Assembly: GCA_963796255.1 (NCBI GenBank)
Contig: CAWCLE010000010.1
Location: forward strand, 125,765 to 189,764
Reading direction: 5' to 3'
Source of the DNA: an uncultured delta proteobacterium
GTDB taxonomy: Bacteria; Desulfobacterota; Desulfobulbia; Desulfobulbales; Desulfocapsaceae
DNA length: 64,000 bases
Shown here one piece after another: positions 56,264 to 64,000 of the stretch. Each line of letters begins with the position of its first letter. Within the stretch, counting starts at the first letter, position 1. The translations under genes were made by a program, and so were the position numbers. The notes under the pieces are model-generated. The model saw nothing but the letters and a program-made list of their open reading frames with translations, was not told the origin of the DNA and did no database searches.

Positions 56264-57598
56264 TCAACCGACGGCATCATTTACGGCTTGCCCCTGTCTT
56301 TCTGTTCGATCCAGAAGCATACCTTTAACCATAGCGGCAGTAATTATAATACCAGCCACTCCCAGAGCCACCATCAATGCCCAGAAACTTACGCCATCGA
56401 GCACAGCAAAGAGTTGCTGCTTCAAGCGAGGAATAAGATCCAGATCAGCGAGATAAATCGGTACTTTTGCCCCCCGCGATACAGCGACAATCAGCATAAC
56501 CGCTGCCATGACCAGCTTAATCGTATAATCTTTGACATAGGTCGTCCCAAGTGCCCCCAATTGTACGCCGATCAGTGATCCCGCCAGAATGAGCAAAGTC
56601 ATGCGAATATCGATAAGACCGGCTATTCCCCACTGGATGGAACCAAAAGCGCCCATGACAAAGGCAACAACCAGCTCGGTAGCACTGGCAACCATGGCCG
56701 ATGCACCAACCACATAAATCATTCCCGGCACGCCGATAAAGCCGCCCACCGCAATAGTTGCTGCCAGCATTCCGGTAAAGAGACCAACGGGAACCGTTAT
56801 CCAGGCAGAGATACGCACTCTCGCCACTTTAAACTCCATCATGGGCCAGAGCTCAATTTTTTGCAGTCTCAAGGCGAGGTTCGATGTTTTGGCCTCGGTT
56901 GCTCCTTTAGTCATCGTTAAAGCATCACGCAGAATGTATCCACCAACAATGGCCAGAACCAGAACGAAGACCACACTCACATACAGATTAGAGCCTGCAT
57001 TGCCCCAATGATTGAGGATCATCTGTTGAATTCTTATACCGATCTCAACCCCAATAATCGCGGTTACCGCCATTACTAAGCCAAGCTTTATATCGACTTG
57101 TCCGTATTTCCAGCGCTTATAGGCGCCGACCATGGCCTTGGGAAACTTATGGCACATATTACTGGCCACCGCCACCGCACCTGGGGCTCCCAGAGACATC
57201 ATCGCCGGAGTAAGAACAAACGCTCCTCCAGAGCCGATGAAGCCAGAAAGCAGACCTCCAATAAGCCCGATGATAAGCAGGGCAATAACCTTGGTGACGG
57301 TCATTTCAAAAAACATCAATGAGATGTCTTTGATCACATTTGGTCCAGCATTGGGATCAAGGCTGACCATAACTTTTTTATCAAGAACTATCTTGTCGAT
57401 GTTCACTTCCGGACCAATATTCAAAATTCTTAAATCATCATGTCCGTCAATTTTTATAGTTACCGTTTTAGCCGTTGGATCAAGCTGGGTAAATACACCT
57501 TTCATCACGTTTTTGGGTGGCGGGCCACCTGCATAGGCACTGTGTACCAGTAGGGTGCCTATCAATACTGTCATTAAAATAGTTAGAAATTTCTTCAT
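56264..57598 (-). CDS. TauE/SafE (TSUP) family permease with a signal peptide and an N-terminal periplasmic domain
   Basis: 444 aa. The signal peptide is MKKFLTILMTVLIGTLLVHSAYA, followed by a soluble segment of about 90 aa. Permease motifs are GFIGSGGAFVLTPAM and IAVGGFIGVPGMIYV. Confidence 0.8.
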   Translation of the reverse strand: MKKFLTILMTVLIGTLLVHSAYAGGPPPKNVMKGVFTQLDPTAKTVTIKIDGHDDLRILNIGPEVNIDKIVLDKKVMVSLDPNAGPNVIKDISLMFFEMTVTKVIALLIIGLIGGLLSGFIGSGGAFVLTPAMMSLGAPGAVAVASNMCHKFPKAMVGAYKRWKYGQVDIKLGLVMAVTAIIGVEIGIRIQQMILNHWGNAGSNLYVSVVFVLVLAIVGGYILRDALTMTKGATEAKTSNLALRLQKIELWPMMEFKVARVRISAWITVPVGLFTGMLAATIAVGGFIGVPGMIYVVGASAMVASATELVVAFVMGAFGSIQWGIAGLIDIRMTLLILAGSLIGVQLGALGTTYVKDYTIKLVMAAVMLIVAVSRGAKVPIYLADLDLIPRLKQQLFAVLDGVSFWALMVALGVAGIIITAAMVKGMLLDRTERQGQAVNDAVG

Positions 57599-57647
57599 GA
57601 GTTCACTTTCTCCTGCATGCGGTGATAGGTTGTGCTACCTGTTAAGA

Positions 57648-57992
57648 TCAAGCTTTCTTTGGCTCAAGCCCCAGAACACTGAGTAAATTGCTGGCGAAAG
57701 CACCGTGCACGAATGAAAACAAGAAGGCAGTACCAACGGGAAGCGCTGCGTACCATCCACCCAACGTAAAAGTATCTGTAACGAGCTTCATGTTGGATAA
57801 TAACAGGGCATAAGCACCTAAGGACATCGCTCCAAAGAGAACCATTTTACCGATTGGCTTTTTCTTGCGATAGGTAGTTTGGGTCCTTTTGGTTGTGGCA
57901 GTCGTTTTACTGACACTGCCGGTCGTCGATTTGCGAGTGGTTTGGTGAACTGACAACTGCGTTTGACGAGGATCATTTTGTCTCATTTCCAT
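57648..57992 (-). CDS. Small membrane protein (basic Thr-rich N-terminus, two TM helices)
   Basis: 114 aa. It is the first gene after the minus-strand sigma-54 promoter. I recognised no family. Confidence 0.5.
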   Translation of the reverse strand: MEMRQNDPRQTQLSVHQTTRKSTTGSVSKTTATTKRTQTTYRKKKPIGKMVLFGAMSLGAYALLLSNMKLVTDTFTLGGWYAALPVGTAFLFSFVHGAFASNLLSVLGLEPKKA

Positions 57993-58087
57993 TTCTCCTT
58001 TAGAATGAATAGTAAGTTACTTGGTATATTTTTCAGCCAACAGCTAATTATGTAGAGGAGATGATACTGAACCTTTCCTGGAAATAT

Positions 58088-58103
58088 TGCAATCTTGATG
58101 CCA
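58088..58103 (-). promoter_or_regulatory. Sigma-54 promoter of the cassette C minus-strand operon
   Basis: The minus strand reads TGGCAT-CAAGA-TTGCA, near consensus, about 95 nt upstream of the start at 57992. Confidence 0.7.
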
Positions 58104-58169
58104 ACCCTTGAAGTCAATATAATTCAATTATTACAAATATATACATGACTACCAACAAAGGTAATTTTC

Positions 58170-58184
58170 GTTGCATTATGCAAC
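58170..58184. promoter_or_regulatory. Dyad GTTGCATTATGCAAC, candidate activator site 1
   Basis: The dyad is perfect (TTGCA-N3-TGCAA inside GTTGC/GCAAC). It lies between the two divergent sigma-54 promoters. Confidence 0.5.
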
Positions 58185-58260
58185 AAAATATCGATCTACT
58201 ATCGGATATAGTACAAAATATTAGATAGTTATATTGATAATTTGTGGATTTTTCTCTGGT

Positions 58261-58275
58261 GTTGCATAAAGCAAC
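58261..58275. promoter_or_regulatory. Dyad GTTGCATAAAGCAAC, candidate activator site 2
   Basis: It has the same outer arms GTTGC/GCAAC and lies 91 bp from site 1. Confidence 0.45.
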
Positions 58276-58446
58276 CTGAGTTTATCTTTCAGGACCGGAG
58301 CCGGTAGGGATTCACCACGCTCTTTAAATGGGGAACAACGTATCTATCGTATTGTTATTATGTATTTTATTTTACACTCTTTAAGAAAAATTCTGTCCGA
58401 CATAAACTGATTACCAACTGGACACTACGTTTTACGTTTACGAGAC

Positions 58447-58461
58447 GTTACATTATGCAAC
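58447..58461. promoter_or_regulatory. Dyad GTTACATTATGCAAC, candidate activator site 3
   Basis: It differs from site 1 at one position. It lies 121 bp upstream of the plus-strand -24 element. Confidence 0.45.
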
Positions 58462-58581
58462 GGCCCCTGCAATTATCTCCGTTTATCGAAACAATATAAA
58501 TCACATAATTTCATAGAGATAAACTGTTTACTCAGGAACATTGTAACAGTGCATTGGAAAATGGAATAAAACCGTATAGAA

Positions 58582-58597
58582 TGGGCTCGTTGTTGCA
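58582..58597 (+). promoter_or_regulatory. Candidate sigma-54 promoter for P4-P5
   Basis: TGGGCT-CGTTG-TTGCA has correct GG-N10-GC spacing and a consensus -12 element. It lies about 85 nt upstream of the ATG at 58683. Confidence 0.55.
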
Positions 58598-58682
58598 ATC
58601 TCTCCGGTCCTTAAGGCTCCCTACCGCCAGAACGATGGCAGGCAGCCCGGCCAACAGACAGTAGCAGGCAGGAGAAGCAGGC

Positions 58683-61376
58683 ATGTGGCCCCACCTCTTT
58701 CGTAATAAAAAGAATCAGCCCGCGAGCGGGGCACAGGAAATTGATATCTGGCGGGTCAAGGCGCTCTTCAATAATTTCCGAAAGATCCTTCAGCTCAACA
58801 CCCTGGTATTTGAGCAGATCTCGGCCATGGACCGCGCTCTCGGTGGAGAATATATCTTCGACCGAAACTTTCTGGAAAACTCGGTCCGTACTATTGCCAG
58901 TCATGTGCACCACGTTACCTACAATCTTAATGCCCTGACCAATAATGGTTATGTACCGCTTTATGACCGGTACCAGGAGATCCGGGTGATTCTCGATGAC
59001 ATCCTTGCCGGCAACACCAAAGCTCTTTCCTGTCCTCCAGTTCTCCCCCTTGATTCCCTCAGTTGGGAACTTGAACCACTTGTAGGCATTGATCTTGTCT
59101 GCCTTGCTGAGCTGCGCCACCATCCTGGAATCAAAGCACGAGACGGCCTGGTAATTACCAGTGACGCTGTTCGGGCCATACTAAAAAAAACAACCTCCAC
59201 AGCTCCATCCGAGACGGAACTTTCCTTCGAGCTGGTAGCAGGGAGTCTCAGCAAGTCTCTGCAGCCAATGCTGACGGAACACCACAGCCCACTGCTGTCC
59301 ATCTCTGCTACCCGTCTTAATGGCCAACCGGATGACCCCCGAGATCTTGGCGAATTTTCACTCAAAGAAGACGACAATGCCAGCTTAGTTGTGTTGGCGG
59401 ATGATGCCCTTCCCCATGAACAGGCAACCGGCAGTCCCAGCCCAAGCTCCCCATCACCGCAAGAAACCATCATAAGAGATACCCAAGAGACCTCCCTTGA
59501 GGAGCTCTTCCTAAAAGGGATTATCCGGATCATCGAGATCGTCGCGGAGCGATGTCACACTCTTTACCCTGACACTGAACCTCATTTTGCGCTCTTTCTT
59601 CGGACCGCGTCCAACGCTCTTGCCCGCGGCACCATCACAACCCGAGCCACCATCAAGACTACCACACCAATGCTGACTGTCACTTCATGGCTGCCCGGTC
59701 ATCGACAGGAAATGGATATCCACCATTTACGACGCATCTTCCCCTTTGATTTCGTCTCTTCGACATTGACTCCAAAACGCCTGGAGCAGACCTTTCCTGA
59801 TGGGCTGCAGGCCACGCACCAAACCCCGCGACACCGACACTTCAGGCGTGGTTCAGCCACCATCCTGCCCCAGGAGATCCAGGCCCTTGCGGAAACAGCC
59901 ATGACCCTGGAAAGAATCATGGGGGTTCCCGTGATCATGCACTGGGAATATCTGGAAAATGAGAAATTCGTGGTTACCCGCCTTTTCCCCTTCCTGGAAA
60001 AACCTGTAGAGCCCACCCTCCTTGAACTCGAACAAGAAAAGGACAACGCCATTGTCCTTGGCAAAGGTGGCCAGGTCATCCAGTCCGGTGTTGCTGCCGG
60101 TACGGTTTTCCATGTAACCCAGGACACCAACCTCAACGATTTCCCTATCGGTGGAGTTGCAGTGGCGCCAATTGCCACCCCGCAGCTTACGCCTATTCTG
60201 CACCGGGCGTCAGCTATACTCACCGAACATGGCAACCCCATCGGCCATCTGGCTACGGTGGCGCGGGAACTCAGTTTACCGGCGCTGTTCGGTGTTCCCG
60301 GAATTCTCGAGCAACTCCCCAACGGCACAGAGGTGACTGTGGATGCGGGGAATTGCTGTGTCTACCAAGGAGTCCTCAACCATCTTCTGCAGCAGGGCAG
60401 CAGTGACAACAGCTTCTCTCCCATAGATCCTGAATATCGGGTGCTCCGCCGGTTGCTGCGATTCATATCTCCGCTCAAACTCGTCAACCCGGATGACCCT
60501 CAATTTTCAGCGCAGAACTGCCGTTCCTTTCATGACATTATTCATTACTGCCATGAAATGGCCGTTGATGAGTTAGCTCATTTCCAGGAACGACGTCCAG
60601 GATTGAGTGGCATTCGCACGACACGGCTCCATCTGCCGGCGCAGATGGATATCAACCTGCTGGATATTGGTGGCGGCCTGCCGGATGGCTCGGTGCACCA
60701 ACCGGGGCCAGAAGACATCCTCTCGGGACCTTTTGCTGTTTTTCTTGATGGCTTACTGCATCCCCAGGCTACAGGCGAGGAGTTGCCGACACTGGGCTTG
60801 CGTGATATCATCTCTGCCATTCCCAGAACATCACGACTCAGCAGCGTATCGCCCGAGATGTCTGGTAATAACCTGGCCATCATCAGCCAGGAATATATGA
60901 ATCTGAGTCTGCGACTGGGCTATCATTTCAGTGTCATTGATGCCCATCTCGCCGGCGACCGGCATCGCAATTACATCTACTTCCGGTTTATCGGCGGTCT
61001 TGCCGACCAAACCAGACGCGCGAGACGAGCTCTCTTTATCAGCGATGTGCTGGGTGCCATGGATTTCAAGGTCTTCTGGAAAGGAGATCTGGTTGTCGGC
61101 CGGATGAAATTTGAAGAAAAGGATGTCCTACGTTCGGCTCTTTTTGTCCTCGGAGCCCTGACTACCTACTCCCGACAACGGGATACCAGCCTCTATAGCG
61201 ATGCGTTGGGCCGAGAACTCTTTGATCGATTTGCCGATACCTTTCTTTTGCCCTTCAGCAAAACATCGGCGACCCACCGCAGCCTGCGCACCGCCGCCGA
61301 ATCAAATGCAGCGGCCAGACTGAAAAAATCGCCAGTCTCCATGTCGGAGGGCCGGCAAATGGGAGAAGAATCATGA
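58683..61376 (+). CDS. PEP-synthase-like protein P4 with a degenerate ATP-grasp (close paralogue of P2)
   Basis: 897 aa. The N-terminus IDIWRVKALFNNFRKILQLN...TIASHVHHVTYNLNALT is nearly identical to P2. Other motifs are PLVGIDLVCLAEL, no VRSS...SFAGQ, HGNPIGHLATVARELSLPALF and LRLGYHFSVIDAH...YIYFRFIGG. Confidence 0.75.
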   Translation: MWPHLFRNKKNQPASGAQEIDIWRVKALFNNFRKILQLNTLVFEQISAMDRALGGEYIFDRNFLENSVRTIASHVHHVTYNLNALTNNGYVPLYDRYQEIRVILDDILAGNTKALSCPPVLPLDSLSWELEPLVGIDLVCLAELRHHPGIKARDGLVITSDAVRAILKKTTSTAPSETELSFELVAGSLSKSLQPMLTEHHSPLLSISATRLNGQPDDPRDLGEFSLKEDDNASLVVLADDALPHEQATGSPSPSSPSPQETIIRDTQETSLEELFLKGIIRIIEIVAERCHTLYPDTEPHFALFLRTASNALARGTITTRATIKTTTPMLTVTSWLPGHRQEMDIHHLRRIFPFDFVSSTLTPKRLEQTFPDGLQATHQTPRHRHFRRGSATILPQEIQALAETAMTLERIMGVPVIMHWEYLENEKFVVTRLFPFLEKPVEPTLLELEQEKDNAIVLGKGGQVIQSGVAAGTVFHVTQDTNLNDFPIGGVAVAPIATPQLTPILHRASAILTEHGNPIGHLATVARELSLPALFGVPGILEQLPNGTEVTVDAGNCCVYQGVLNHLLQQGSSDNSFSPIDPEYRVLRRLLRFISPLKLVNPDDPQFSAQNCRSFHDIIHYCHEMAVDELAHFQERRPGLSGIRTTRLHLPAQMDINLLDIGGGLPDGSVHQPGPEDILSGPFAVFLDGLLHPQATGEELPTLGLRDIISAIPRTSRLSSVSPEMSGNNLAIISQEYMNLSLRLGYHFSVIDAHLAGDRHRNYIYFRFIGGLADQTRRARRALFISDVLGAMDFKVFWKGDLVVGRMKFEEKDVLRSALFVLGALTTYSRQRDTSLYSDALGRELFDRFADTFLLPFSKTSATHRSLRTAAESNAAARLKKSPVSMSEGRQMGEES

Positions 61377-64000
61377 AACTAAGCAATCCTCTCACAAAAG
61401 TCATTGAAGCGTTCCGGAATCATAAAGAAGAGAAGGAGGCATACGCCATCCATAACCTCAAGGCTCGGTACCATGCTTTTCGTATTTTTCTCGAAAATAA
61501 CGGTATTGCCCTGGAAAATATTGCCCAAATTGACACCCTGTTGATTCGGGGAGAGACCGACGAGGTGCGACGGCTGACAACAGAGCTGATCAGCACCACC
61601 GCCGAGCTGGTCGATGGCCTCAACCTCCTGTCAAACGATGCCCATTCTTCTCTCTACCGATTCCATGGTCAACTGGCGGAAAAGGCCCTTGCTCACCTTG
61701 ACCGGCTGCAGGATACAAGGCGTGATGGGTATTGTATTCCGCTTGACACCCTGCGCAGAGACGCAGCAGGAACAGCCGGAACCAAAGCTGCGAACCTGGC
61801 CCGACTGCGACGTCTGACCCTGCCGGTTCCCGATGGATTTGTCTGTACAACTGCAGGAACCAGGCGTTTTCTTGCCATGGAGACACTAGCCGCGGATATC
61901 CGCAGAATGCTCCGAGACATGGACCGAGGGCTGAGTGATCTCAATTTCGCTGCCGACCGTATCACCAGAAAAATTCTTGGTGCTCCACTGCCGGACGACC
62001 TGGCCCGGGACTTGGAAAACAACTACCGCCTCCTTAAGGACAGGATGGAGCAGCATCTGGGAAAATCGTCTTCTCCAGCTATCTCCGTGCGTAGCAGTGG
62101 GATCTCCGAAGATGGGCTGGAACGCTCTTTTGCCGGACAGTATACCTCGATTCTTAATGTCATTGGCAGCCAATCACTCCTGGTGGCCTACAAGGAGGTT
62201 ATAGCCAGCGCTTTCAGTGCCAGAGCCATTTCCTATCGAGTGAATGCGGGTCTGCCTCCTTTGGATATTGACCTCGCCGTTCTCTTCCAGCTTATGGCAG
62301 ATGTCGACTGTGCCGGAGTCCTTTTTACCGTTGACCCCTCGGAACCGGAAAACGGCAGAATGCTGATCAGCTGTGTGCCGGGCCTTGGTACCCAGGCAGT
62401 CGGCGGCTCATCACCGGCGGATCTTTACCGGCCCAGGCGCACGGTCCTGCCCATTGAAACAGAAACGATTACAGACGCGGCAAGGACGAAGACCCTCGAC
62501 ATGAACACTCTCGAAGCGGAGATCATGGACCAGGCTGAGATAGGAGTCAAAACTGTCCGCGAGGTGGCAAAACAAGAGGGCGGCGTCGAACTGGAACAAC
62601 TTTCCGCCGAGGAAGCCAATCAGCCGCTGCTGGAAGTGGCTACCATCTATGATCTGATGCGATATGGGCAACTTCTAGAAAATATCTGGGGCATGGCCCA
62701 GGATATTGAATGGGCATTTTCAAGCACCTCCGGCTTATCGCTTCTCCAGTCAAGACCTCTCAGGCTCGCCTCCAAAGGACGTCGTAATCCATCGCACGAT
62801 ACGGCGAAACGCCTGCTGTCCGGTACCTGTGCTTCCTCCGGCAAGGTCATCGGCTGTGTGCGCATTGCCCTCTCCCTGGCAGATCTTGTCGCTCTCGATA
62901 AAGAGAGGGACAATGAACTGGATCAACAGCCGACCATCCTCGTTCTCTCCCAGAGCATTGTCGATGCCTCCCATCTCTTTGCCCAGTGCAGCGGCGCCGT
63001 AGTCGACATAGGTAATCCGACGGATCATCTCTCCTGTGTGGCAAGAGAACTGGGAATCCCCATGCTCACCGGCACCCGGAACGCCTCCACAACCCTGGTC
63101 AAAAACCAGTGGATCATACTCGATGCAGACGATGGAACAGTACGCGAGGCCCCGGAATCAGTGCGCGAAGCAGCCTATCTGGCCTTTAAAAAACGAAAGG
63201 AGCTCGCCAAGGGTAAGACCACTGATCTGCTCACCAGCCTGCGGGCAGAAACCATCTCTCCTGAGCGGGAGGCCTTACGCAAGTTGATTGTCCCGCTCAA
63301 TTTAACAGATGCCTACGGTTCGACCTTCTCCCTGCTCGAATGTCGTTCCCTGCACGACATTATACGCTATTCCCATGAAATGGCCGTGATGGCCATGTTC
63401 GATACCGGGGACATGGTCATGGATTTTGCGGGCAGCTTGCTGCGCCCCCTTGACATTGGCGTCCCTTTCTCCTTTTTGGTCATCGACCTTGGTGGAGGAC
63501 TGCGTCGGACAGAAGAGAGTTTTCTCAGAAAACAACTGGCCTTCCACAAACCTCTTGGTCGGGAAGATGTCCTCTCCATTCCCCTTGCCGCACTGTGCGA
63601 CGGGCTGATGACTCCTGAGCTGAGCTGGCATTCCAGCCCTGATGGTGAGGCAATGGGCAACATCATGTCCCAGACCATGTTGAGTGGTCGAGGCCCCAGG
63701 CCGGCCGGATCATTTAATTACGCCTTGGCGGCCCGGGACTATCTCAACCTCAACGCCCGTGTTGAATTCCATTTTGCCATGCTGGATGCGATCTGCGGTC
63801 GGGATACCCATGCCAACTATATCCGTTTCCGTTTCAAAGGGGGAGGAGCAGGCCGGGAAAGGGGTCACCGCCGCGCCCTTTTCCTCCAGCACGTACTTGA
63901 GAAAAATGGGTTTTACACCAAAGTGATAGAAGACCTTATTACCGCCACTCTGACGGGGGCATCGAAGGAAATCGTCCATGAACGGCTCATTATGATCGGA
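61373..64000 (+). CDS. PEP-synthase-like phosphotransferase P5 (intact ATP-grasp), 3' end beyond the window
   Basis: This ORF is not in the ORF track because no stop falls inside the window. I translated it from the ATG at 61373, which overlaps the P4 stop (ATGA). Motifs are AGTKAANLARL...DGFVCTT, SVRSSGISEDGLERSFAGQYTSILNV, QDIEWAF...LLQSRPL, GNPTDHLSCVARELGIPMLT and ARVEFHFAMLDAI...YIRFRFKGG. The reading frame reaches position 64000 exactly. Confidence 0.8.
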   Translation, partial: MKLSNPLTKVIEAFRNHKEEKEAYAIHNLKARYHAFRIFLENNGIALENIAQIDTLLIRGETDEVRRLTTELISTTAELVDGLNLLSNDAHSSLYRFHGQLAEKALAHLDRLQDTRRDGYCIPLDTLRRDAAGTAGTKAANLARLRRLTLPVPDGFVCTTAGTRRFLAMETLAADIRRMLRDMDRGLSDLNFAADRITRKILGAPLPDDLARDLENNYRLLKDRMEQHLGKSSSPAISVRSSGISEDGLERSFAGQYTSILNVIGSQSLLVAYKEVIASAFSARAISYRVNAGLPPLDIDLAVLFQLMADVDCAGVLFTVDPSEPENGRMLISCVPGLGTQAVGGSSPADLYRPRRTVLPIETETITDAARTKTLDMNTLEAEIMDQAEIGVKTVREVAKQEGGVELEQLSAEEANQPLLEVATIYDLMRYGQLLENIWGMAQDIEWAFSSTSGLSLLQSRPLRLASKGRRNPSHDTAKRLLSGTCASSGKVIGCVRIALSLADLVALDKERDNELDQQPTILVLSQSIVDASHLFAQCSGAVVDIGNPTDHLSCVARELGIPMLTGTRNASTTLVKNQWIILDADDGTVREAPESVREAAYLAFKKRKELAKGKTTDLLTSLRAETISPEREALRKLIVPLNLTDAYGSTFSLLECRSLHDIIRYSHEMAVMAMFDTGDMVMDFAGSLLRPLDIGVPFSFLVIDLGGGLRRTEESFLRKQLAFHKPLGREDVLSIPLAALCDGLMTPELSWHSSPDGEAMGNIMSQTMLSGRGPRPAGSFNYALAARDYLNLNARVEFHFAMLDAICGRDTHANYIRFRFKGGGAGRERGHRRALFLQHVLEKNGFYTKVIEDLITATLTGASKEIVHERLIMIG

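Noticed and set aside
58611-60328. Minus-strand ORFs 58611-59123, 58961-59533 and 59699-60328. Similar shadow ORFs occur over P1, P2 and P3, for example 25110-25670, 28850-29452, 50675-51316 and 51515-52159.
   Set aside because: They are antisense or out of frame to the long P-protein ORFs, which are supported by paralogue conservation. They are shadow ORFs.
1-64000. A search by eye for rRNA, tRNA cloverleaf candidates, CRISPR repeat-spacer periodicity, intact IS or transposase or integrase genes, and phage genes.
   Set aside because: None was found. The larger intergenic regions (30368-31125, 47122-47757, 57993-58682) contain no regularly spaced repeats and no tRNA-like acceptor or T-arm pairs that I could see. 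Scans with tRNAscan-SE, Infernal and CRISPRCasFinder would be definitive.

Overview
This 64-kb chromosomal window contains protein-coding genes and regulatory DNA only. I saw no rRNA, tRNA, CRISPR array or intact transposase. The many sigma-54 activators suggest a Desulfobacterota-like or other anaerobic proteobacterial genome, but that is inference only.

Gene content from left to right:
1. A GAF-PAS sigma-54 activator gene (1953-3911) is bracketed by a mirrored ~155-bp promoter/UAS cassette. One copy faces a transaldolase-like gene with substituted catalytic residues. The other faces a G+C-richer block of four secreted DUF1254/DUF1214 paralogues plus an outer-membrane channel (4322-11247).
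2. An MscK-like channel, a DUF4105 protein and a lipoprotein form an operon. It is followed by a DUF2868 protein, a DUF3482-type GTPase and a pRiA4b-ORF3-like protein.
3. A TetR-regulated ybhGFSR-like ABC efflux operon is followed by pdxH, a Tim44-like protein and a radical SAM protein.
4. A Lon protease lacks its N-domain and carries a receiver (REC) domain inserted just before the AAA+ Walker A motif.
5. The dominant theme is three paralogous sigma-54-driven cassettes (19527-30367, 44244-52763, 54486-64000). Each combines a TauE/SafE-type permease and small membrane proteins, and cassettes A and C also carry USP-type proteins. Each also encodes large PEP-synthase-like proteins, five paralogues in total. 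These proteins have an N-terminal helical domain, an ATP-grasp domain, a phosphohistidine swivel domain and a conserved C-terminal domain I could not place. None has a PEP/pyruvate TIM barrel. Two paralogues have lost the ATP-grasp nucleotide motifs and each sits next to an intact one. One such pair has a translationally coupled single-domain REC protein between its members.

I consider the cassette family and the REC-Lon the best candidates for an undescribed signalling or phosphotransfer system. All family assignments are by eye and from memory and need HMM and structure searches.
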